A stretch of 49,120 bases of DNA from the UHGV virus genome UHGV-1311884. One strand, given 5' to 3'. The stretch comes from a virus. Made by a program: the position numbers and the translations under genes. The notes under the pieces are model-generated. The model saw only the letters and a list, made by a program, of their open reading frames with translations, was not told where the DNA came from and ran no database searches. Of the stretch, positions 42,257 to 49,120 are shown piece by piece (position 1 is the stretch's first letter; the number at the start of each line of letters is the position of its first letter).

Positions 42257-44734
42257 TTACTGATAAATCGAGTCTGAATACTCAGTGAGTGAGAGGGTTT
42301 GAGTATCGTCACCATTTGGCTTGGCGCTATCGACGCGCCAGATAGTAGAATTAAGTTCCGAGTCGGTAGCGATGAAATACCTGCTGGGGTTTTGCACCGT
42401 GCTGCGGTCATAAATGTTCAGATCGAAGGTATCGGCTGCAGCCTGGAATGCCTTGGCTTTGCCGCTTACCGGATAAGCCCTCCAACGACCGCGGTAATTG
42501 CCCAGACTGTCGGTCATCACCACCCACATATCCCCGAGTGAGAAGTCGATACGCTCTGACGTCGAGAACACGTCACCGGATCGCCCGGTGATGTATCCGG
42601 TCTGCTGCGCGTTGTCGTACAGGTCCGGACACTGAACCACCGTACCTCGTACGACCTGCGTTTCTTCCAGCACTTTCACCGTCATTGTGAGGCGCGAGTA
42701 AAGGATTTTCCTCGCTTCCAGCCATGCCCGGTCAGTTGCCTGAGTGGCGTTCCGGCAGCCATCCAGACTGATTTGCATCGCGTTAACGGTAGCATCTTCA
42801 ACCTCAGTGATTCCGCTGCTGTCGATCTGCAGGTAGACGTAAGCCTTCTTATTCGTAAGAGGGTCAACGTAGTCCAGCGCTACGCCGTCATAACCACCGG
42901 GGAGAGACATTTGCCAGGCGACCTTGTACTCGTCCCAGAACATGTTTGAGCGCGCAAATACCGCATCGGGATTTGTCACTTTCTCATCACGCCAGAACGT
43001 CAGAACATCGCCGATGTTATTTCCGTCAACGCGGGCCACATTGGCGATCGTCGCTATGCGCTCACCAAGCGGCTGTTTCTCATCCGAGAAGGTGTAATCG
43101 AAATACCCAAGCTGGGTATCCGGCAGCGAATCGGCAATGGCATATAGTGCTGCGACGTCAATACTGGCCACGTCCTGCTTACCCACAACCACCCACTCAT
43201 GCAGGATAGCGTCAGCAAACGAACGACTCGGCCGCAGTGTGTAATCAACCGCGCCGGTAGTCCGGTCGTAGCTGATGGTATGCCGCTGCGCCAGCATGTT
43301 GTACTTCTGCTCGCGGTTGCTGTTGCTGTCATTCGAGCCTTTGATCGTGATGCGGGCAATCGTGTCTTCCGGATAAACAACGTTTTCGCGCACGTTCACC
43401 GCGTGGATCGCCATCAGTGTCACAACGTTAGCGTCATTGCTGTTGTCGAGGCGCTCGATGGTCACCGCATAGCGCCCCGCCCCGGCTGCCGGGACGAACT
43501 TATGCGTTGTGCGGAAATACCGGGTTGTCACCTGGAAGTCGTTATCGAAGAAATAATCGTGCTGCTCGGACGTCCCCGGGACCTGATTGTTGTCGTCGTC
43601 GACCTGCCAGAACATGATCCGGTATTGCGTTGTGCCGGCCGTCGCGCCGAGCTGAACCAGCACATGCACCCAGACCTGCGTCGAGACGATCGGCGACACT
43701 GACGGACCGATAACAAGTGGTGTCTGATCGTTAAGGGTGAAAAGCGTCGGGTTGATGACCGCATTGCCCGGAAGAGACGTGATCTCTCCGGAGAGCTCGC
43801 CAATATAGAACGTCGTGTAAGAAAGCGTGTCGTCGCCAATAAAGCTCTCAGAGGAGATGATATTTCCGGCGCCGGTAACATTCCGCGTGACGCTTGTGCC
43901 ACCGTCGTTCCAGGTGGCGTTGATGACAAATGACACTGGATGCGGCACTGCCAGCGCAGCGAAGTAGGCAAAGTTGTCATCGTTCGACAGCACGACAGCC
44001 TTAAGCTGATTACTCTCGATCGCCACCGATGTCGGCGCCGTCGCGGTCGCGGTCTGAGCCGGGAAGTCCTGGGATTCATTTAACCCGGGGACTGTCTCGT
44101 TATCGACGTCATCGAACTGGTATCCCACCTCAATCGTGCCGATCACGTCACCCGGGTTATAAATCGCTGAACTGGCGCCCGCCAGGCTGCCGAGATTCGA
44201 TTCCGAGTAGCGGATCGATGAGATGGTGTACCGGCCGTACCCGACCTCGAACCACTCCGTAAGCTGTTTGTTATTGTCGACGAACTCAAACAGCGCTTCC
44301 TGAATCAAATCGGGAAACACGCGGCACTGGCCGTAAATGTTCGGGCGCCCCTTGTAGAGTCGCGCGCGGTTCGTCTGGCCAGTTAAGTCATTATTCGGCG
44401 ATTCTCCCGTCGCAACCGATACAGAGGCACTCGGCTTGTTTGACAGTCCGAACACCTTCAGCGCACCGGACAGGATTTTCGAGACCGGACGTAATATCGT
44501 CGTTACCAGTTTTCCGACCCCACCCTCCGGCTGATCGAACACAGCCACGACGTCACCGGTACATAGTGGCCGACTGATATCGTAGTCGTCCGGCAGCGCT
44601 CGGCCATTCAGTTTCACGATAACATCGCGGTGCAGCTGCAGGGAATCCAGCAGGCTAACCAGTGTGGTGTCGGAATCTACCGTTCCACGCTGCAGCGGCG
44701 CGCCTGGCAGCCTCTGTAACTCATATCGAACCAT
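42257..44734 (-). CDS. Tail tip or host-specificity protein (lambda I/J-like; N-terminus is ubiquitin-like I-type).
   Basis: N-terminal MVRYELQRLPGA...LCTGDVVAVF resembles lambda gpI-type tail assembly proteins. 825 aa; follows the NlpC/P60 gene. Confidence 0.55.
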   Translation of the reverse strand: MVRYELQRLPGAPLQRGTVDSDTTLVSLLDSLQLHRDVIVKLNGRALPDDYDISRPLCTGDVVAVFDQPEGGVGKLVTTILRPVSKILSGALKVFGLSNKPSASVSVATGESPNNDLTGQTNRARLYKGRPNIYGQCRVFPDLIQEALFEFVDNNKQLTEWFEVGYGRYTISSIRYSESNLGSLAGASSAIYNPGDVIGTIEVGYQFDDVDNETVPGLNESQDFPAQTATATAPTSVAIESNQLKAVVLSNDDNFAYFAALAVPHPVSFVINATWNDGGTSVTRNVTGAGNIISSESFIGDDTLSYTTFYIGELSGEITSLPGNAVINPTLFTLNDQTPLVIGPSVSPIVSTQVWVHVLVQLGATAGTTQYRIMFWQVDDDNNQVPGTSEQHDYFFDNDFQVTTRYFRTTHKFVPAAGAGRYAVTIERLDNSNDANVVTLMAIHAVNVRENVVYPEDTIARITIKGSNDSNSNREQKYNMLAQRHTISYDRTTGAVDYTLRPSRSFADAILHEWVVVGKQDVASIDVAALYAIADSLPDTQLGYFDYTFSDEKQPLGERIATIANVARVDGNNIGDVLTFWRDEKVTNPDAVFARSNMFWDEYKVAWQMSLPGGYDGVALDYVDPLTNKKAYVYLQIDSSGITEVEDATVNAMQISLDGCRNATQATDRAWLEARKILYSRLTMTVKVLEETQVVRGTVVQCPDLYDNAQQTGYITGRSGDVFSTSERIDFSLGDMWVVMTDSLGNYRGRWRAYPVSGKAKAFQAAADTFDLNIYDRSTVQNPSRYFIATDSELNSTIWRVDSAKPNGDDTQTLSLTEYSDSIYQ

Positions 44735-45116
44735 GAATCATGTACTCCACGCGGCTATAAACCTTAAGAAGCGCCAGCGGGCTGTCGCAGCGTACGAAAC
44801 CGAATTCTCCGCGGGCATGCAGGCACTTAACCGGGCTGATCATCACACCGATATGCGCCGGCACTTCGCCGCGGTAAAAAACGGCGATGCAGCCGGTTAC
44901 CGCCACCGGCACACGCTGCCAGTGTTCGCACTCCTGTTCGTAGCAGGTGATGAACTCTGCCCCTGACTCGTAGCCAGCGATGTGATGCAGCTCCAGGCTG
45001 AGCACATGCCGGTAATAGAGAACCACCAGGCCCCAGCAATCCATCTGCTCAAAACTGCAGGCGCGGTTAGCCCAGGGCTTGCCGTTAACAAGCCCGATAA
45101 AGTCGCTATGTGTCAT
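44721..45116 (-). CDS. Tail-associated NlpC/P60 family peptidase (lambda K-like).
   Basis: EQMDCWGLVV (Cys) and VPAHIGVMIS (His). Confidence 0.6.
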   Translation of the reverse strand: MTHSDFIGLVNGKPWANRACSFEQMDCWGLVVLYYRHVLSLELHHIAGYESGAEFITCYEQECEHWQRVPVAVTGCIAVFYRGEVPAHIGVMISPVKCLHARGEFGFVRCDSPLALLKVYSRVEYMIHGSI

Positions 45117-45583
45117 ACGGTAATCAGCCCGGGATAGTCTTTCGTGGTGTAAATGATGGAGTTGGCCAGAGTCAGTGGATTGGTCTTGCCGGCGGTCACT
45201 GTGACGTTACTGGCGTCGGCGGAAATGTCGTTTACATACAGCGTCCAGTCTTTCAGTGATGATGTATCACCAATGGCATTCCACTGCTGATACAGGCATT
45301 TTATCGGCGTCATGCGCGCCGCCCCGCGCCAACTTTTAAGCGTCTGCCGGACGTGCTCCGTCGCGGCGACAAAGGTGATTGTCATGGATATAACTGCCGT
45401 TCCGTCCTGCGCCGGCTCGGTCACGCTGAACCGCGCAGGCTCGAACGAGTTTCCGCCAAACGTCGCCGGGCTGAACAGGTTATTGACCACCCGGTAATAA
45501 CCGAAAGCCGGGTGATAAAATTCCACCGTCTGCTTAATATCGCTAGCCGGCCGCCGCTCTTTCCATTCTCTCAAAGTCGGCAT
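45113..45583 (-). CDS. Minor tail protein.
   Basis: Position lies between the tape measure and the NlpC/P60 gene. Coupled starts. Confidence 0.45.
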   Translation of the reverse strand: MPTLREWKERRPASDIKQTVEFYHPAFGYYRVVNNLFSPATFGGNSFEPARFSVTEPAQDGTAVISMTITFVAATEHVRQTLKSWRGAARMTPIKCLYQQWNAIGDTSSLKDWTLYVNDISADASNVTVTAGKTNPLTLANSIIYTTKDYPGLITV

Positions 45584-46074
45584 TAGTCAGCCCTCGGCAT
45601 CACTTCGGTGATCAGGTAATCCAGCCAGTACCCATAGCCAGGCTGGGCCTCAACAATCCAGTCGTCATAGTCCTCGGTAATGTCCTCGATACCGTTGCTG
45701 ATGACCGTAGCGGTCCAGGTAACGACGCTTCCGTTTTTGCTTGTCTGCACCGGCATACTGACGAAGTGAAGCGTCTGCTGCTGCACGCCTTGCGTGTCCC
45801 CGAGGTCGATCGGCATCTGGAACCAGTTGCGCCCCCGGTCGCAATAGGTCGGCGATCGAAGCCACGACTTAAACCTCTCGGCCTGGGCAAGCGTGAATAT
45901 CCACTGCAGCGTCCATGCCGCTTTAAGGTCCGTAGTGATCGGCGTGATTATCAATGGACCGACTGCCGTCTGCGTCGTCTGCCAGGCTGTATCCTGCGTC
46001 ATGTTCTGATCGGCGCGCTGGGGAAGCGGCAGGAACGGAGGGTATTGAACTGTTGCCACGTTTCCTCCGGGCAT
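45583..46074 (-). CDS. Minor tail protein.
   Basis: Position only. Confidence 0.4.
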   Translation of the reverse strand: MPGGNVATVQYPPFLPLPQRADQNMTQDTAWQTTQTAVGPLIITPITTDLKAAWTLQWIFTLAQAERFKSWLRSPTYCDRGRNWFQMPIDLGDTQGVQQQTLHFVSMPVQTSKNGSVVTWTATVISNGIEDITEDYDDWIVEAQPGYGYWLDYLITEVMPRAD

Positions 46075-46091
46075 AAAAAATGCCGCGGCTG

Positions 46092-46125
46092 CGGCACTGA
46101 TCTTTTATCAGGATGTTACTAAATG
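46092..46125 (-). terminator. Hairpin UGCCGC-AGCC-GCGGCA followed by UUUUUUAU on the minus strand.
   Basis: Plus-strand aaaaaatgccgcggctgcggca. Confidence 0.5.
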
Positions 46126-46172
46126 TGTCTCGCTGATACTGTGTATTTTTCACACACAGCAAGAGAGGTCAT

Positions 46173-46436
46173 ATGTCTTACATTCACAGCAGGGAACATG
46201 CTGATCATGGCGATGTCATCAGCGTTCATTGCTCTCATCAAATTAACGTACTGGTTCTGGATGATACCAATTACTCTAGGTATCGTTCGGGGCGGCAATG
46301 CACATATTACGGAGGGTTTTACACTAGATTTCCCGCTAATATAGCTGTTCCTCACTCTGGCTACTGGAATGTCGTGCTGGCCCTTCCTCCCGGCCATCGA
46401 GCTAATATCCAGTACTCAATCAATATCATCCGGTAA
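46173..46436 (+). CDS. Plus-strand moron: 87-aa His-rich protein of unknown function.
   Basis: RBS AAGAGAGG. It is opposite in orientation to the tail operon and lies between two terminators. Confidence 0.45.
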   Translation: MSYIHSREHADHGDVISVHCSHQINVLVLDDTNYSRYRSGRQCTYYGGFYTRFPANIAVPHSGYWNVVLALPPGHRANIQYSINIIR

Positions 46437-46595
46437 ATTTAGCTGACCTTTTGCCTGAAATAGTGCTTCTTCAAGGGCGGCAATGATCTTCTGCTGTGTG
46501 CCGTCCCTTAAATAACCTACCGACGCCATCCCCTCCTGTTTATCGCTGTCGCGGTACCAGATAACCTCACCATTAACTTCGATTGCTACTTTCAT
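46416..46595 (-). CDS. Small protein (59 aa) MKVAIEVNGEVIWYRDSDKQEGMASVGYLRDGTQQKIIAALEEALFQAKGQLNLPDDID.
   Basis: Its own RBS GGTGGA follows a terminator. It is convergent with the 46173 gene, and the 3' ends overlap by about 20 nt. Confidence 0.35.
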   Translation of the reverse strand: MKVAIEVNGEVIWYRDSDKQEGMASVGYLRDGTQQKIIAALEEALFQAKGQLNLPDDID

Positions 46596-46606
46596 AATTT
46601 CCACCC

Positions 46607-46630
46607 ATAAAAAACCCGCCGTAGCGGGTT
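46607..46630 (-). terminator. Rho-independent terminator (AACCCGC-UACG-GCGGGUU plus U-run) downstream of the 46638..46883 gene.
   Basis: Plus-strand ataaaaaacccgccgtagcgggtt. Confidence 0.5.
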
Positions 46631-46637
46631 GGTTTAG

Positions 46638-46883
46638 TTATTCAATTGCCTGCGGAGACTTGGGAATATCTTCGATGATAATGTCGAATTTTTTGATATC
46701 CCCATCCTGAGGCGTAATCTTAAATTCCGAGTTAGCCGGGATGATCCCCTCCACAACACTACCGTTAACCATTTCCAGACGGAATTTTACCGGTCTGTTT
46801 TGGCGGAAAATGGTCGTTTTTCCTATCTCCATATTCCTACTAAAACTTTCTCCAGGCCCATAGATATTATCTTTTCCCATCAA
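46638..46883 (-). CDS. AT-rich small protein (81 aa) overlapping the tape-measure stop.
   Basis: ORF track only. GC is low. Confidence 0.35.
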   Translation of the reverse strand: MMGKDNIYGPGESFSRNMEIGKTTIFRQNRPVKFRLEMVNGSVVEGIIPANSEFKITPQDGDIKKFDIIIEDIPKSPQAIE

Positions 46884-49120
46884 AACGCTCCATTTGCTTT
46901 ACGAGACAGCCCAAGCGTCGATTGTAGCGTGCTGATGTAAGGACCATTACGCTCCGCATCAGAAATCAGGAATTCCAGCACATAATTTCCGTCACTCTGA
47001 GTTGCTCCCATATATTGTGGCTCAGCGTTGGATGCCTGATTGTTAATGACCACCTGAACATTCAGCCCGCCGCCGCCATTCATATCCTTATTGCTGATGA
47101 CTTTCCCGTTATCACCGGGGATCATGTACTGCTTGCCGGTGCTGGCCTGGTAAATCTCTGGCTTGCCTCTCTCGCCGATCTGATACATGCTGCCAGCCGA
47201 TACCGGCCCGCCATTATAGCGCGCGCCAGCCAGAGCAAGACCGCTCGCAAGTCCTACGGTTGATGTGATGCCTGCAGATGCCGGCGCGGCGTTTGTTCCC
47301 AACGTTGCGAGTGATGCCAGTGCAGCAGCAGGCGCCCATGCCGAAGCCGTCGTTGCCGCCATTCCAACAGAAGAAGCGACAGAAGCCGCCCCGAGCGTCT
47401 GCCCGAGAATGTAATTTTTCAGCGCTTCGATGCCAACCTGCACGATGCTGTTGATCACGCTGTTCAGGATGGTATTCCCGAGCGACCGCATCGCCTCCTG
47501 CGCTGACATTGTGCCGGTGAGAAGACCAGTAATGGCATTGGAAGCATTACCACTGAATGCGTCCACCGCACTCGTCAGCATGTTATAGCCGAGGCTTTGC
47601 TGGCTGAGTAGCTGCCATTGGGCCTCTGTCATCTGCTGGTTATACTGATTCTCCTGCGCCGTTCTCAGTGCCAGATACTGAGCATCCGTAGCTGATTTGG
47701 CAGCGATGAACTGGTCGTAACTGATTTTTCCCTGCTGATAGCTCTGCTGGAGTATTGCCTGTTCCTGCTGCTGGTACTGCTGCATCAGGGCTAACTTCTG
47801 GTTATTCTCGTTCACCAGTTGCTGCACAGGGTCAACTTCGGCGCGGGACGTAGCTACCGGGTTTAGCGTTTTCTGCGCGTTAATTTTGGCGAGGTTGTTC
47901 TGGTGCTCCAGCGCCATTTTCTCGGTAGCAGCGTTGTACTCCTGCAGATCAATCTTCCCGGCGTTCAGCGCCGCTTTCAGGTTCTGCATGGATTCAGCGT
48001 AGGATTTATTCTCCGCCTGCTCAGGCATGGCTTTGAGAGCTTCGGTTACGCCCTTAGCCGCTGCGGCCGCATCCCACGCTTTAGCTGCGTATTGCCCAGC
48101 TTCCTGAATCTGCGCCTGAGTTGCGGCGCTGCCGAGTGACTGCTGCGCACGCAATATCGCGCTGTCTCGGCTCAATTCTTGAGTTGAACTGGCTGCAAGT
48201 TCAGACTGCTGGCGCAGGTTTTCAAGTTTTTGGGAAACTGCTTCTGCGGCTGATGCTGAACGCTTGTCTTGCTGCTCTCCCCTCCTTTGAGCCTCCTGAC
48301 GGGCTTCTTCTGCTTTCTGAAGATCGTAGTTTTCTCCAGCCAGATCGGCTGCCTTTGATATCTGGTTTGGGTTGTCAGTAACCTTTGCCGCCTGCATCCT
48401 GGCTTTTGTTACTGCTCTTTGGCGTTCATCCTGAATTTTCAGTAACTCGTTCTGCTCTTCGAGGTTAAGAATTACTTTGTCGCCATCAGCGGTAGGAGGA
48501 GAAACCTGCAGCGCTTTTGGGTTGAAGTTTTGTCCAGCCTGGTTTGCTCGGTTTATTTCATCAGCAGTGTTGCCGAAAGCCTTCGCAACCGCGCTCTGCA
48601 CCTGCTCAAGTGACCAACCCTTTTGAATCAGCCCATCATGCACCCCCATTGAGGTAAGCATGTTATTCGTAAGGGTTCTGTTGGCCTCGGAAACGGTATC
48701 TTGTGTTCTTGCTAACTTATCTTGAGCATTAGCAAGGTCGCGTGATTTCTTGGCTAACTGATCTGATACCTCAGCCTGCTGGCGAGCAAAATCAGCTCCT
48801 TGTCCCAAGGATTCTGCTACAGCTTGAGCCTCTGGGGTGAAGTTACGATATCGCGAACTTAAAGAGTCAACCTCTGCCTGAAGGTCAGCAATTTCATCCT
48901 TTTGCGCCCTGATTGATTCATTGGCATCAGCGATGGTCCCGCGGAGTTGTGTGTTGCTCATCGCCCTCATCGAGGCGTTTACTTTATCCAGACTGTCGGC
49001 AAAGCGTATTGCTTCCTCTCTGGCCTGCTGCGCTTTCTGCCAGAAGTAGAAAATAGCAGATGCCGCCAACATAGCCGCACCGGCAGGGCCGCCGATCAAA
49101 GAAAGAGCACCGCGAGCAAG
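46880..49120 (-). CDS. Tail tape measure protein, C-terminal part. The N-terminus lies beyond the right window edge; the reading frame is open to 49120.
   Basis: Long Ala/Gln-rich coiled-coil repeats. The C-terminal GGPVSAGSMYQIGERGKPEIY resembles the lambda H C-terminal region. Confidence 0.8.
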   Translation of the reverse strand, partial: LARGALSLIGGPAGAAMLAASAIFYFWQKAQQAREEAIRFADSLDKVNASMRAMSNTQLRGTIADANESIRAQKDEIADLQAEVDSLSSRYRNFTPEAQAVAESLGQGADFARQQAEVSDQLAKKSRDLANAQDKLARTQDTVSEANRTLTNNMLTSMGVHDGLIQKGWSLEQVQSAVAKAFGNTADEINRANQAGQNFNPKALQVSPPTADGDKVILNLEEQNELLKIQDERQRAVTKARMQAAKVTDNPNQISKAADLAGENYDLQKAEEARQEAQRRGEQQDKRSASAAEAVSQKLENLRQQSELAASSTQELSRDSAILRAQQSLGSAATQAQIQEAGQYAAKAWDAAAAAKGVTEALKAMPEQAENKSYAESMQNLKAALNAGKIDLQEYNAATEKMALEHQNNLAKINAQKTLNPVATSRAEVDPVQQLVNENNQKLALMQQYQQQEQAILQQSYQQGKISYDQFIAAKSATDAQYLALRTAQENQYNQQMTEAQWQLLSQQSLGYNMLTSAVDAFSGNASNAITGLLTGTMSAQEAMRSLGNTILNSVINSIVQVGIEALKNYILGQTLGAASVASSVGMAATTASAWAPAAALASLATLGTNAAPASAGITSTVGLASGLALAGARYNGGPVSAGSMYQIGERGKPEIYQASTGKQYMIPGDNGKVISNKDMNGGGGLNVQVVINNQASNAEPQYMGATQSDGNYVLEFLISDAERNGPYISTLQSTLGLSRKANGAF

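Larger units (their letters stand above)
37889..49120. mobile_element. Lambdoid prophage B (partial). Only the tail-distal end is present; the rest lies beyond the right window edge.
   Basis: A minus-strand tail operon (tape measure to J-like to tailspike) is followed by b-region-like cargo ending at the att fragment. Confidence 0.75.

Noticed and set aside
43528-44079. 183-aa Arg/Ser-rich minus-strand ORF inside the tail-tip gene.
   Set aside because: It is an alternative frame of the 825-aa J-like gene. Its extreme Arg/Ser/Thr composition indicates a non-coding frame.

Overview
This window is an accessory region made of two lambdoid siphovirus prophages sitting in tandem, in the same orientation, on either side of a 43-bp partial tRNA-Arg(UCU) 3' fragment at 37846-37888 that acts as the att core.

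Prophage A (1 to about 37845):
- Late operon on the minus strand, reading right to left: Q-like antiterminator, a phage tRNA-Thr(UGU), holin, GH108 endolysin, terS, terL, portal, Mu-F-like head protein, an HNH endonuclease, DUF2213 protease/scaffold, DUF2190 protein, major capsid, head-tail proteins, major tail protein and the N-terminus of the tape measure, which runs off the left window edge.
- Early region: nin genes (NinB and NinG/Rap are clearly recognisable), lambda P-like and O-like replication genes with four iterons inside O, cII-like, cro, and a divergent cI (LexA-like S24 repressor) with TTTAGC-N5-GCTAAA operators.
- A plus-strand early-left operon: tandem micropeptides, a Rad52-like annealing protein, a fused C5-cytosine plus N6-adenine DNA methyltransferase, a TraR/DksA zinc-finger protein, an HNH-AP2 endonuclease, then xis and a tyrosine integrase next to the att.

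Prophage B (37889-49120): only the tail-distal end is present. It has the tape measure C-terminus (truncated at the right window edge), minor tail proteins, an NlpC/P60 protein, an I/J-like tip protein, a tailspike with an SGNH esterase domain and a lectin-like fibre, followed by AT-rich cargo next to the att.

Most interesting observations:
1. A near-consensus T7-class promoter on the plus strand at 16407-16429, with a downstream 38-aa membrane peptide, placed antisense inside prophage A's late operon. I read this as a possible decoy or sensor for a phage single-subunit RNA polymerase.
2. A LexA-box-controlled two-gene operon in prophage B, encoding a small protein and a pre-cleaved, UmuD'-like S24-family protein that lacks the catalytic segment.
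3. An AT-rich single-gene candidate Abi with a HEPN-like RNSFHH motif.
4. Moron islands flanked by terminators, inserted in both tail operons.
5. Three consecutive genes that share a duplicated RBS plus MTDITE start module.
6. A C9 homopolymer that splits a cII-coupled small gene.

All calls rest on reading the sequence by eye, on motifs, and on remembered family knowledge. No database search was possible.
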